Positions 40,872 to 54,554 are shown, counted from the first letter of the stretch. The stretch is 64,000 nucleotides of DNA from Eledone cirrhosa (GCA_964016885.1 OZ024746.1:80848001-80912000); one strand, 5' to 3'. Notes: generated from the letters alone by a model not told the origin. Program-made: numbers and translations.

Positions 40872-41094
40872 GCATGTATGTATGTTTATATATCAAATGG
40901 ATAACTAAGATATCTCAATCAATGGAATGTTTCCAAGCCCCATTTTCTCACCTATTGTTGTTAATGTAAGTCTTATTTAAACACTACATATTTTTCAACA
41001 TCTCTTCATCATTATTTTATTCAACATTTTCACTCCCATAGAGTAAGCTATTGTCTGTTGTCAGTTGCTGATGATGATGACTGCTACTTCATTT

Positions 41095-41340
41095 AGTTAT
41101 GTCCAGTAGGAGCAGAAGTTTACAAAATATCAAGTATTGACTGACTGCTGTGCCAGTCATCATTGAGACCTCTGGTGTGTTGGATTCCTGGACTGCTGTT
41201 TTCCTCTTCATAAGAAAGGAGTTCTATGAGGTGGAATGGTTAATGCATTGGGTATCTCTGGATGTTCTCTATGGCAATGCTTTCACCATCTTGTCTGCAG
41301 GGCACAACTATGATGCACTATCCTGTCAGTAGTTTAGCAC
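41095..41340 (+). pseudogene. Remnant of a restriction-like endonuclease C-terminus of a CRE-type non-LTR retrotransposon
   Basis: 'EQKFTKYQVL...PVIIETSGVL...EWLMHWVSLDVLYGNAFTI' matches the E..K..KY...P+A+ET.G...QR+S+A+.RGNA pattern. Confidence 0.6.
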
Positions 41341-42529
41341 TTGCCTGCTTTATTTATTTATTTATTTACTCTTTGTTGCTGCCTCCCTTTTCTCTGTAGA
41401 TGCAAGAATGTGTGTAGTGAAATGTGAGCTCCCAGTCCATCTGAGAGTTCAGTAGCTTTGATGAGGCCTGTGATGACCTGTTCAATCCATACTAACGGGA
41501 AAAATGGATGTTAAATGAAGATGATGTTGATGATACAATTGAATATGAAATTTTGAAGTGTCTATCTCTGATTAGATGCATTTAAGTGTATCAGCTGGAA
41601 ATCTATATAGTATATTTATCATTTGTTTAATGTCTGAACTACAAAGTTGACAGACGTGATCCATTGTCTCTCTGACAAGACCTCTTGCACATAGTAGCTG
41701 AACTCTCATATGTTTGTGACAGGCATAGATTGCAAGAAAGAAGTTAGGAGATGAAAATGGCTTCTGAGTCTTTCAAATGTCATAATCATCATTTTCATCC
41801 ATCAACACCACTCATTTTCTTGCTATTTTTCTTGTTTCTAGAATCTATTTAGCTCTTTTGTATTTCTAATGAAATGCATTGTTTATGTGGATCAATTAAT
41901 TTTTAAAATTTGAATAATTTAATTAGATAACTAACCTCATCATAACTAAGCTGGGGTTTGAAACATTACTTAACCAAAATTTCTTTAATGAAATTTTGAT
42001 GAAAGGTTTTAAATATGAGTATTTTAAAATGAGCTGTTGTGTTCTATAAGAACAAGGTAATTTCAGATTGGTTGGTATCAAAAGGATTAACTGTCACTGC
42101 TGCTTCCTTAAGGTTTTTCATATCTGCTCCATCAGAGCTGACCTGGGACTAAACAACAATAACAACAACTCTCTAAATAGTAGCTGGGTTTATGATTAAT
42201 CATAAAAATGGACATTTTTAGAGAGAATTATGTTAAACTGAATCAAAACATCCAAGAGTTATATTTTCCTGTTGCTCAAATTTTCAATATTGGTACGATG
42301 TTGGTATTCACAATGGTTATAATCAACTAAAATACTTCAAGTTGGGCGGGGCTGGAAGGGGTTGGTCCCAGCATTGCTGTAATCCTATGACTAAAACTAG
42401 TAAAAGTGTAAATAACTATTAATCAAACAATAGTGATAATGGTAATTATAAGCATTTCACACATTTAAATATTACCTTTTGTATGAAGGCCTATACACAG
42501 TTGGTAGTAGGCCCAGTCCACCAAAGCTG

Positions 42530-43270
42530 ATACTAGGCTCAGGCCAGATACAAAATGTAGCCACCACCCTCATCTGGTAAAAGGTCCAGGCCAGATGTGA
42601 AATGTAGGCACCACCCTCAGCTGGTAAAAGGTCCAGGTCAGATATGAAATGTAGGCACTACCCTCGGCTGGTAAAAGGTCCAGGCCGGATGTGAAATGTA
42701 GGCACCTACCAAAGTTGGTAATAGAGCCAAGCCAGATGTGAAATATAGCCTCTTCCTTCATTTCATTTCATCATCATTTCATTTTACGTCCACTTTTCCC
42801 TGCTTGCAAGGGTGGGACGGGAACTGATTCTGGCTTGATTTCTACAGCTGGATGCCCTTTCTAACACCAACCTCATTTACAGTGAGTGCTGGGTGCTTTT
42901 TTGCCGTGGCACCTCCACGACCACTTTACAGTGGAATGATAGGGACCTTAGTCCCTATCATCTCATTTCTACAGCTGAGTAAACTGGAGTAATGTGAAAT
43001 AAAGTGTCTTGCTCAAGGAAACAAGACATCACCCGGTCTGAGAATTGAACTCACAACCTTTCGATTGCAAGGCCAATGCTCTAACCACTAAGCCATGTGC
43101 TTCCACAGGTAATAATATGCCAGACCATATGTGACATGTAGACACCTATCAAAGCTGGTAATATGTCCAGGCCACATGTGAATTGTAGCCCCCCCCCCCC
43201 CCCCCCAAAAAAAAAAGTGGTAGTATGCTCAAGCCATATGTACAATGTAAGTCCCATCTCAAACTGCTCA
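42530..43270. repeat. 47-bp minisatellite interrupted by a SINE
   Basis: 'ctggtaaaaggtccaggccagatgtgaaatgtaggcaccaccctcag' anchors at 42574, 42621 and 42668. Degenerate units resume after 43105. Confidence 0.85.
42757..43102 (-). mobile_element. SINE family B, full length
   Basis: Near-identical to 7551-7895. Confidence 0.9.
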
Positions 43271-44448
43271 TTAGGTATCTTAGTAATCAATGCTAATTAC
43301 ATATGATTTACATATGGGTTTACAGGTCTGTACATATACATGTAGTGTACATGATGTACTTACACATTAAAGAACAGAATAAAAGAACTAGAACTTGTGG
43401 AGAATAGACCCATTCAAGCTGTTGGCCCATGTCAACTGAACTGTATGTTCCCACCTCTGTTCTGGTGGGCTTGTATGGAATAACAATGGACTTTACTTTT
43501 ATTGGAAAATCCTTCCAGCTTCGCATACCTATTGCTTTTAGTTTGTTTTATGTTGTTGTTGATTTCAGAAGTATTGTTTCTGTCCAACAATCTATATCTG
43601 ATTATATACAGGGGAGGTCAAAATCTCACACAAATTTGTTTGCAATTTGTTACCTACATTCATAGTAAATTGGTTTCCATGCACTTTTCTTTCATGCGAT
43701 TTCTTTTGAAATTACATAGAGTTGCCCTTGATTACTTCATATTAATTGTTTTTATTGATGTCTATTGATTTTGATTTTTCAAGTAGTTTATTGTTGTTGT
43801 GTTGTTTTCTAAAGCTTAATTATTCAAGTATACGATTTGTGCAATGGACTGTGTTATTTATATCAATAGTGATGGCAGCGGCAGTGGTGGTAGGGTGAAT
43901 TAGAAATATAGACAGAGGTAGAGGCATGGTAGTAATGGAACTGGTATGTCTGGCAGTGGTAGAGATGGTGTTGGTGGTAACAGTGGTAGTGCTGGTGTTG
44001 GAAGGGGGGTGGGTGATCTCGATGGATGGTAGTGATGGTGGTGATGAGAAATGGATGGATGTTGGTGGTGAGGACCACATTAGTACTGTGTGTGTGTGTG
44101 TATATTTATGGGTGATGACACTGACTTTGATGGCAGTGGTAGTGGTGATGGTGATGATGTTGGAGTTGGAGTTAGTGGATAATGAAAGAAATCGCTGAAC
44201 AAAGAAAATCCAGTTGTGCCATATGTTAACAGGCTTATGGCATCTGAATGATGAATTAATCAAGCACTAGATACTTTATGAATGTCAGAGAAACCAAGAA
44301 ATAGTTTTAAAAGGTCATTTAATTTATATAATTAATAAATTAATATTTATTTAGATGTTTTGTTAGAGTTTATACAATGTCAAGTATTTTCTTTCATTAT
44401 TACATCAGAAGGAGCGGATTAGATTGCTAGTTCTCCACTTTAAGGGAT

Positions 44449-44497
<49 letters not shown>

Positions 44498-44726
44498 ATC
44501 AGACTCTGAAAAGGGTCATGGACACTGCCCTTCATCATCATCACCCCTGTTTAACGTCCATTTTTTCACGTTAGCATGGATTAAATACTGACTAATGAAT
44601 AAAAAACAAAAAACAAATAGAAAATGTCTTTATTGAGAATGTGGGCTTTGTGATCCCTACATAATTTGCATTTTGATGCACAAATATTTATACAATTATG
44701 AAAACTATATATATTAAAACTTATGG

Positions 44727-45160
44727 TGAAGGGGCATGAAATGTGATTAGAATATTGGGCTCACAATCGTGAGGTTGTGAATTCAATTCCCAGACTGGGA
44801 AGTGTGTTGTGAACTTGAGCAAAACATTTTATTTCACCGAGGAGATGACGAAGGACCGTGACAAGTGGAGAGATGCTGAATAGGACTCGTCCAACCCTTG
44901 CAAGCAGGGAAAAGTGGACGTAAAATGATGATGATGATGATGATGATTGTTCTAATTGTTTACTTAGCTGGAATGAATTGCAATGTCACTGGTGGCAAGT
45001 TTTTGCCTTTTCCTTGGACATCATAGGTGACATGGGGAGACTGGTATGCATGGGTAACTGCTGGTCTTCCACAAAAACACTATGCCCAGGCTTCTGCCTT
45101 GGTGAATAAAACTTTTTAAGTGAAAAGCCATGGTCATTCATGATCAAAGGGGGCCTATGA
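44727..45160 (+). mobile_element. Old CORE-type SINE interrupted by an RTE family 2 3' end (44838-44946)
   Basis: The SINE motif 'tttcac|attgttc' is split by 'cgaggagatgacgaaggaccgtgacaagtggagagatgctgaatag...cccttgcaagcagggaaaagtggacgtaaaa(tga)n'. Confidence 0.8.
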
Positions 45161-45417
45161 TATACTTATCATGTATCTGAACATATATAATTAAGGACTC
45201 TTAGGAAAAAGCTTGTTTGGTTTTGTTTTCTGTTTTAACTGTTAGTACATAGTAAAAGTAGTTCTTAAGACATCTATAAGATACAAGTGATATTTTTGAC
45301 TATTCATTTACTGACAAATTTGTCTATTATGTCCTACCCTCCTAACTGCATAACCATGATGAAAAATTAGAACTAAAATTCTTAATTTATGTTATATCAA
45401 GGAGCTTCTAGTTTTGT

Positions 45418-45646
45418 TTAACTCTTAATATCCTGCAATGGTTCAGCAGAAAATATCTAAAAATGGGTTTGTTAATTCAAATGTTTGTAGTATCTGTACT
45501 AGAGGACAGATTGTTGTGAACATTTGTAATATTAGAGGAAGGGCTTTAATTTTTAATGAGATGCAGTCATAGCTCTGTTTATTACTTTTACAAAAAAAAT
45601 GTTTTTGCCTATGTGGTTTCATTTAGTACATGACATTAAGAGTTAA
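45418..45646. mobile_element. TTAA-flanked MITE family M3
   Basis: Termini 'ttaactcttaat' and 'attaagagttaa'. Internal similarity to 14310-14520 and 48890-48995. Confidence 0.7.
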
Positions 45647-48599
45647 TTCAATAGTACATTGATTAAGTTTCTAGCATCTTATTGATACATACTTCACTGA
45701 CTCTTTAGAGATAAAAGGAGACAACAATTTACTCTGAATTTAGAGATTGAATCCTTGAGATACAAATCAGTCGAATATAATCTAGTTTGACTCATTATCC
45801 TTTCATACTAATAAAATCTAGTTTAACTTATTATCCTTTGAACAATTCTCACAAGTCTCTAAGTAGAATAATGATTCTTTTGAACTAGAATAAGACCATC
45901 AATCCTATAATGGTTAAAGAGAATAAAGAATTTTTTCCATTATATTTCTTAAGAGTTATTTCAGCCATTCAAATAAATAAATAAATAAATAAAAATAATA
46001 ATAATAACACACACCCCACAAATACTGTTAAATTCACTTTATTTATCATTTATTTCTTGGTGTTGACCTTTTTTGCACTGTTTGTGACCTGGTTAAAGGC
46101 ACAATTCTATTGCAATTCAACAACCAGGTCACAAACAGTGTGATGAAAATTTTGACATAAAGAAACAAATGATAACAGTAAAGTGGATTTAATAGTTTTT
46201 CTGTTTGTTTTTGAATGGCTAAAATGACTTTAGTTTTAATACATGATCTCAGATCAAGACAAATGTCAGTTAAGTACAACTTTGTAATTTCTTATACTTA
46301 TTTTATGAACTTATTATGAACTCATAATAGTGATGTAATGAATTTTAGATTCCACAAAATATCTATTTCAAAACTTAGCAGTCATTAGAACATTGAATAG
46401 AATGCCTTGTGGCATTCATTCCAGCTCTCTATTCTCTGAGTTCAAATCCCGCCGAGGTCAACTTTGCCTTTCATCCTTTTGAGGTCGATAAAAGAAAGTA
46501 CCAGTCTAGTACTGGGGCTGATTCTTCCTTTATATCTCTTTCTCACTTCTTCTCTCACACTTCTAACCTTCACTTGATGAAATCTGCTATATTCAGACCT
46601 GGAGAGGGTTGGGCTGTGTTAGGTTTTAAAAAATGCCCTAGAAACACCATATGTCAATACAGCACCCCTACAACTCCATCAGGAGTTATGGGATCATATC
46701 ATATCATACCATACCATCCACTAATCACTTCATATTTACAAATAATGTCTCCCATATAACCATAGGTAGACTGTTGTACAAGTTGTACAGGACATTTTGA
46801 GGCAATGTTTTACAGTTAAATGTCCTTCCTGGCACTCATTTAGTCACTTCACATGACACACAGGAATGCGGTGTACTTATACTAAACTGGAATGTGGATG
46901 TAAAATAATAATGATGATGTCAAGGAGATAAAAAAGATGTCTACCAGTCTTGCCATCAATATGATTCAGAGGAAAACGAAAACAATCTATCTGTTAGTTT
47001 GTCTAACTAAGTAGGTAGTTAACTTCCAGGCAGGCCATTCCATAACAATTATTTTGTCATATTCAACAACTTCTTCTTGTTCACCCATTTATTCCTGGAG
47101 GGTTGTGGGGTCAGAGTCCTGAAACACTCCTTCTCCTAGGTATCTTGCTAGTTGGTTTTGCCGTTTAAAATCTGTCCAATGATTCTTTCCTGAGACATTC
47201 TAACCACATGCCTATAGTATCAGAGCTGTGATCCCTCAATTCGTAGAAGTAGCTGCTCTTTTCAAATTACTCACTTTCTGGTGGAACAAAGTATAATGTC
47301 ATACATGTATCATTGATGATGCAATCTTGATTTAGCAACAGCCCAGCCATATTTCTTTGCACATATGGCCTAGTGTTGAAGTCAACAAACAAACAAATTG
47401 CACACTTTTACAACAAAGTACTTTCATATCAATTTACACCATTAGGTTTGTGTGTACATCTGTTGGTCTATGTGTTTGTGTATATCTGTCTGTTTGTATG
47501 AGTTTATGAGTGTGTTTGTTTGTATATGTGTTTTGTGTATGTGTACTTCTGTTGGTATATGTGTTTATGTATGTGTACATCTGTTTGTATATGTGTGTAC
47601 ATCTGTTTGTATATGTGTGTACATCTGTTTGTATGTGTGTATGCATCTGTTTGTATGTGTGTTTAAATGTGTGTATATCTGTTTGTTTGCATTTGAGTGT
47701 GTAAATGTCTGTCAGTAATAAAATTTGTCATATGAAGTGGATACATAGTAGTAGTAGTAGTAGTAGGAGGAGGAGGAGCAGTAGCAACAACAACAACACT
47801 AGTAGAGATGTCAAGTGGAAATAACTGCAGTAGTTGTAGAGTGGCAGGTTTAATAATTTAAGTGGTAGTGTTGCAGAGGTATAGTGGAACTGTGGTAGAC
47901 ATCTTTGGGGACTTTGTGGTTGTTGGTGGTAACATGGAGTAGGATGTTAGTAGCAATATGAGTGATGATGGTGGTGATAGCTGCAGTGTTGTTGTTGGTG
48001 TTGTTAATGTGGTTGTGGGGATGGCAGAGGAGAAGTTATTGTTGGTAGTGGCAGCATGTGTGGCAGTGGTTAACTTTGCCTTTCATCCTTTTTGGGTTGT
48101 TAAAATAAAGTATCACTCCAGGATGATGGATTAGTGGAATTGTTGAAGAGGCAGACAGGATGCTTTGTGGGTATTTAATCTGACTGTATGCATTTTTTAA
48201 GTTCAAATCCCACCTTCTTTTGTCAGGAGTTGCAAGTGGCAGATAGTATCAGCAGTGGAAAGACACCCCCTTGCCCCCAAAAAACAAAGAAAAAAAACAA
48301 CAGTTTCTTTAGTTTGTTCTAACGATTGGCTCCTTTCTATCAATTACAAAAGCTCCACCTCTTAATAAATTGATTTCATAATTACAGTTGCAAGTTTATA
48401 GACCAACTAAGTAGAATTCTTACATTACAGGTTGACTCTAATGTAAATGATTCTTAAGTGACAGAATGTAACTTAACACTCATCAACTGGTGAAATAGGA
48501 TATTACTCGCTTGGTTTAATCACCAACTCACTAGATTCAACATGATGGAACAGCAAACAACAATAGAACATATTAAATTTCACTTTTTTAAAAGAAGCT

Positions 48600-48835
48600 A
48601 CCACCACCAACAACAACAACAACACTGCCACCAAACACACCACCAACAACACCACCACCACTACCACCACCACCAAACACACCACCACCACCACCACCAC
48701 CACCACCACACACACACCACCACCACCATCACCACCACACACCAACACCACCACCACCACCAACAACACCACCACCACCGAACACACTACCACCACCACC
48801 ACCAACAACAACACCACCACCAACACTACCCCTCC

Positions 48836-48866
<31 letters not shown>

Positions 48867-48880
48867 CACCACTACCACCA
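48600..48880. repeat. (CAC/CAA)n compound microsatellite
   Basis: Directly visible. Confidence 0.95.
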
Positions 48881-49004
48881 TTGGACAGATTATTGTAAAA
48901 ATCTGCAATATTAGATTAAAGACTTCAATTTTTAATGTGATGCTGTCATAATGATGTTTTGTCGTGCTAATGCAGTTTCATGAGATACAGGACATCACCA
49001 CCAT

Positions 49005-49400
49005 CACCACCATCATCATCATCATCATCTTAATCATTTTATGTCAATTTTCCCATGTGTTGAACAAGTTTTCTCCAGCCCCCCCCCCCCCCCCCCCCTC
49101 CCTCCTTGCCACTTGCTTTCCTTCATTGAGTGTTTTGAGATCACCTCTTAACCACTTCTGTACAGGTTTTCCTTGGACTTCCTCTTCTGCAACTTCCTTA
49201 CATTGTAAAGTCTTGGCACTTCTTCATTCAATGCATTACATGTCTTTACCAGCACGGCTTTTTCTCTTGCACACTACATTTGGTTTCTTTGATGCCTATT
49301 TTTTCTTTCAGCTCATTTGTGCTTTGTCATCCAATGGAGCATGCTACATACATTTCTCTTTAGCCTTCACATATTCACTATATTCAATGCCCCTGTTAAG
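49005..49400 (-). mobile_element. Highly degraded RTE LINE 3' fragment
   Basis: (CAT)n tail, then 'aggttttccttggacttcctc' and 'cattcaatgcattacatgtctttacca', resembling the reverse of GRPRKTW and WYGHVMRM. Confidence 0.55.
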
Positions 49401-50283
49401 AGTTAATGTTTTATTGAGCTTGTTACCAGGGAAGGAGCATTTAAATTACAGACTTAACTACACACAGATAGCTTTATTTTTCTTCCCTATGAAGTGAAAC
49501 CCACTTTATCACTATCTTATTTTTGTAAATCTATTGAGGATTGATGTTAAATGGAGACTAATTTGCATTAGAAAATGATAAAAGAAACAGAAACTCGTAA
49601 TGTATGGAAATGGAGTCAAAACCATCTTCTTTGTATTAGAATATGTTAACACACAAAATAATTCCATTAATTTCAATAAATTAAATGATCACTAGTAAAA
49701 ATAGATAAGTATATTGATTTATTGATTGAAATTTATATGTAAATCAATATTTTAATAGATATATTAATATGTCAATAAATTATACCAACATATCCTCAGA
49801 TAAATTTGTAATTGATATAATAGGTAGATATGTCACTAGCTAACTTGATTTATAAATTAATAATAGATATAGAAATATAAATGGATAACTTGATAAGTCG
49901 AATGAAATTATTGTCCCAAGACTTTGTAATCCCAAACAGAATGTTTAGAAATTATTGTTGCATTAACAAGATTTTGTTTCAATGCTACACTGCACTATAA
50001 AATACATCTATAAATATTTTTAACCGACACTGTATGAATAGCGATATATATATAATAAAGGGGGCTTTAACCAGATTAGTTTCAGTCCCTACATTACAAT
50101 ATTACCATTAACTGAGTATCCCCTTTAAGGCTCTACCGACATATTTTTCTATAACCAACTATTACTAGTAGTTTATCTAAATTGAATAAGTCAATTTGCA
50201 TAAATAATGCATTCTTGACAGCTGGTTTGATTAATAAATTACTGGTGCATTAACAGTATTATTTGTTCCAATGTTATTATGTA

Positions 50284-50645
50284 CAGTGTTTCCTGAATTA
50301 TAAGACAGGTCTTACATTATTTCTCCTGAAAAAAAACGGCACTAGGGCTTATTTTGGGGGTAGGGCTTATATTTCTGCACAAAAAATAACAGCTCAAGAG
50401 TTTTGATAAAAGTATAATTATACTGATGTAAAAAATAAAGGATATATATTATAGAGTTACAAACAATAACATTAAAATAATTTATTATATTAGTAATCAA
50501 TGCGTTTTATAATATTTTTGATATTAAATTTTCTTGCAAAAATGTGATAGGGCTTATTTTCGAGGTTGGGCTTATATTAGACTGCAGCATAAAAATACTG
50601 CTAAGGCTTATTCATGGAGTAGGTCTTATAATTGAGGAAACACGG
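50284..50645. mobile_element. Tc1/mariner-superfamily (Tc2/pogo-like) MITE with TA TSD
   Basis: TA|cagtgtttcctgaattataagac ... gtcttataattgaggaaacacgg|TA. Internal repeats of 'agggcttatttt' and 'gggcttatatt'. Confidence 0.88.
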
Positions 50646-51232
50646 TATTATAGAATGTACCTGTATATTCTTTAGCCAAAAATGTATGTACAAACAGATG
50701 TAAACACCTTGTCTCTTTATACAATATTGTCATAAATAGAAGAAGAGGCGTCAGACAGATTAGGATTAATCGTGTGTTGGGATTTTATCAACCATTGAGG
50801 TCCCTCTGTATTATTTTCAATGACACTGTTTTAAATCCACTTTCACCATTAAATAGCTCGATAGACTTATTTTAATAAATAACTTATTCATGGCAGCTAG
50901 ATCAATCATTAACTTATTGGTGCATTAATAGTGTTTTGTTTTCATGCAGTACTGTGTTACAGAATATATCTTACAAATTTTTAGCCAACAAGATATGAAC
51001 TGAAAAAGAAGGATCAACTGAACTAGTTTCAATTATGTGTTGAGATTTCATCAGCGACTGATTATTCTCAAGAGATACTGCTTATAAACCACAATTACTA
51101 AAAGCGATAGTAAATTGGATAGACGAATGTTTGAAGTTTACACAAAGTTTCCAAATGTTTTAAATTGTATGTAATCATTCTTTATTGTAACTTGTATAAT
51201 TTTATTAAAATTCTTTTCTATTTCTTTTACAG

Positions 51233-51245
51233 GTGCTATTAAGTG
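51233..51245 (+). other. Candidate 13-nt microexon (GTGCTATTAAGTG) of an unidentified host gene
   Basis: Preceded by the polypyrimidine acceptor 'ttcttttctatttcttttacag' and followed immediately by the consensus donor 'gtaagt', in non-repetitive context. Confidence 0.55.
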
Positions 51246-52618
51246 GTAAGTAACCTTTTTATTTTATATAAATAATAATTTTGTCATACATAATTTTGGA
51301 AGTTGGACTCTGGTTTCTGAAAAACCTAGATAACTCCTTTTGAATACTGAGAAATGGAAACATACCTTTGGAATCTACTTCTAAAGAAAATATCTGCAAA
51401 TGGTACTTATCTTTTTCATCTTAACACTTTCATTATCAGATTTCTACTGAATGTCAATACCTATGATTTTCAAATAATTTTGTAAATAAATAACAGTTTT
51501 ATTGCCTATGAGAGACAGATTTATACTACCAAGGTTATAATCAGACCCTTTATCCACATATCTCTTCTATGTAAGTCAGTGAGAGTAGAGCTGGCTTCTT
51601 TAGGATTGTGTGATCTGCTAAAAGTAGCAGTAAACTTTCCCTCAAAATACATCCCCCATTTTATTTGTGTGTGTGTGTGTGTGTGTGTATCTTTAATGTA
51701 TGCACTCAGGTGCACTTTTGTGTATAAACTGAATTCATTAAACATGATATAATTTATTTCCTTTGATATCATTAGATATCATTAAATCATTAAAAACACT
51801 CCTTATTAATCAATGAACTCTTCTATCTCCCACATATACCTGATTCTGTTACTCTTCTTTTGCTTGTTATAACATCAATATTGTCAGCAAGTAACAAATA
51901 CATGTGGTAAGATTATCGCCGTGATGACTGATTATATTTCTTTTACTGGCGCTAGTCATTAGACTGCAGCCATGTTGGAACATCAACTATTTTAGTTGAT
52001 CATATCAGTTGTAGTTTTTTGCAAGATAACTACTTACTTTATTGATCTCATTTTGTCAAAATACAAGGACATAAACACACACATGCACACTCATACACAG
52101 ATACACACACGCACCCACACATACACACACTCGCTCTCCGCTTCAGTTTCTGTCTACTAAATTCCACTCACAAGGCATTGGTCAACCCAAAGCTATAGTA
52201 GCAGGCACTTCCCCAAACCATATGGTTGTGAAACAAACTCCTTAATCACACAGCCATGCTTGTACCTATTGTTTATGAGTGGCATATCTTAAACTGAGAT
52301 CCAAGATGTGTGTGGTGGGGGGGGGGGGGGGGTCATGAAGAGGAAGAAAGAGATTGTCATAATCATTTTAATAAGCTGCTTGAGTTTGATCATTTACATT
52401 AATGGTTTTCTCCAAATGAAAACTGATAACATGAAGGAAAAAGAAATGGACGAGAACTCTGTTAACCCTTTCTTTACTGGATTTTTAATGAAAGACGCTG
52501 CCTAGAATGTTCAATAATTATTTACATAATCTAGAATTTAGTAATATAACTAACTTTCTCATTATTTACCTGGTATTTGAAACATTACTAATCAAACATT
52601 CTTATATAAAATTATAAT

Positions 52619-53006
52619 TGTTTCTACTTTAGGCACAAGGCCAGCAATTACCCAGTGCATTACTGGTACTTTATTTTATCGACCCCGTAAGGATGAAAGG
52701 CAAAGTAAACCTCGGTGGGATTTGAACTCAGATCGTAAAGGGACGTAACTATGCTGGAAAGCATGGCGTCCGACCCTCTACCGATACTGCCAATCCACCG
52801 CCCTTATATAAAATTATAATTGTTTCTACTTTTGGCACAAGGCCAGCAATTACCCAGTGCATTACTGGTACTTTATTTTATCGACCCCGTAAGGATGAAA
52901 GGCAAAGTTAACCTCGGCGGGGTTTGAACTCAGATCATAAAGGGACGTAACTCTATGCTTCAAAGCATGGTGTCCGACTCTCTACCGATACTGCCAATCC
53001 CCCGCC
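52619..53006 (-). mobile_element. Two tandem family A SINEs inside an M1 MITE
   Basis: Copies at 52619-52802 and 52821-53006. The target sequence 'cttatataaaattataat' occurs at 52601, 52803 and 53007. Confidence 0.92.
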
Positions 53007-53280
53007 CTTATATAAAATTATAATGCAAGGTTTTTAGATGGAAATAAACACTAGATGGATAGAGAACTAGAGGCAGTTTTGAACAGTTTGGTATCAAAAG
53101 AGTTAATACATACACAGATTTAATCCTTTCAGATTTCAAACTGCCTCAAATTGCCCTTGGTTTTACAATATAAAACTACTTTTTTTAAAGTGGTTATATG
53201 TATTTAAAGACCTTTCATCATAATTCTATGCAAAAACCTTTATGTTACAAATTCTGACTTAATAATGAAAAAGTTAGTTC

Positions 53281-53930
53281 ATCATCATCATCACCATTTT
53301 ACGTCCGTTCTTCCACGCTAGCATGGGTTAGACGGGTTGTCCTGTTGTGGGCAGTAGCCGGTCGGCTGACCATGTCTTGCTCATACGGGAACTGATTCTG
53401 GCTTGATTTCTACAGATGGATGCCCTTCCTAACACCAACCTCATTTACAGTGAGTGCTGGGTGCTATTTTCTGAGGCGCCTACACATACACTTTACAGTG
53501 TGGGCTGCGTGCTTTTTTGCTGTGACACCTCCATGACCACTTTGCAGTGGGAGAGGATGGGGCATATTGTCTATATGCTTCAGCTTCGGCTTGTACCTGT
53601 GGGGAGTCGGGTCTTCTGTATTACTGCGTGACGCCTGAGGTCACGGTCGTATGTCATCGCCTTTGAGAGGTGTAATTGGGTAAGGTCGGCTTATATCACC
53701 TCATCCCAGGTTTCTTGGGTCTTCCACTCCGCGGCTTCCATCAACTTCTAGTGCTCTGCACCTTTTTATGCAGCTGTCATACGCATACGCATAATATGTC
53801 CATACCAATGCAATCTCCTCTCCTGCACATAGCATTTGATTCCTCTTATGCTCAGTCTCTCTCTCAATTCGTTTATGCTTTGCCGTTCGCGTATATTACT
53901 ATTACACATCCATCGGAGCATGCAGGCTTA
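53281..53930 (-). mobile_element. RTE LINE (family 1) 3' fragment with UTR, inserted in an M1 MITE
   Basis: The coding part matches 40155-40520 ('...RHAVIQKTRL'). The UTR and tail match 6061-6262. Confidence 0.88.
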
Positions 53931-54554
53931 TATTATTAAATCCTTTTAAATACTTGGTTATTTTCAAAATTATTTGGAAATTATATTCTGTATCATTCAT
54001 TGGTAATGAAAGAGATAGTGAAAATTTTATTTGAATTTATATCTTTTTTAGAGACAGTTTTTACCGTCCCTCACACTCTGAGTCCAAATCCTTCCTAGGT
54101 CAATCTTACCTTCCATTTTTCCAGGGTTGATATAGTACTAGTCAAATACTAATGTCTATATAATCAACTAATACCTGACATTAAATTTCTGGCCTAGTGC
54201 TTATGTTAGAACCAATTATTTATAGGTGGAGGATTGGCAGAATTGTTAGAGCATCAGACAAAATCTCTTGTGGTATTTATTCCAGCTCTTTACATCCCAA
54301 GTTCCAATCCTGTCATGATTAACTTTGACTTTCATCCTTCCAGAATAGATAAAATAAAGTACCAATCAAGTATTGTGATCAATTTAATTGACTGACTCCT
54401 CCTTCCTTCAGATTAGAAATAATTTTTGAATTGGCACATATGAGCAAGACATATTCTTCCAAACCATTGAAGGAGGTAGTAACTGGGAAAAAAAGAATTG
54501 ATTCAGACCATAACAACCTGTCAAAAACTATGCTAGCATGGAAAGCAGACATAA

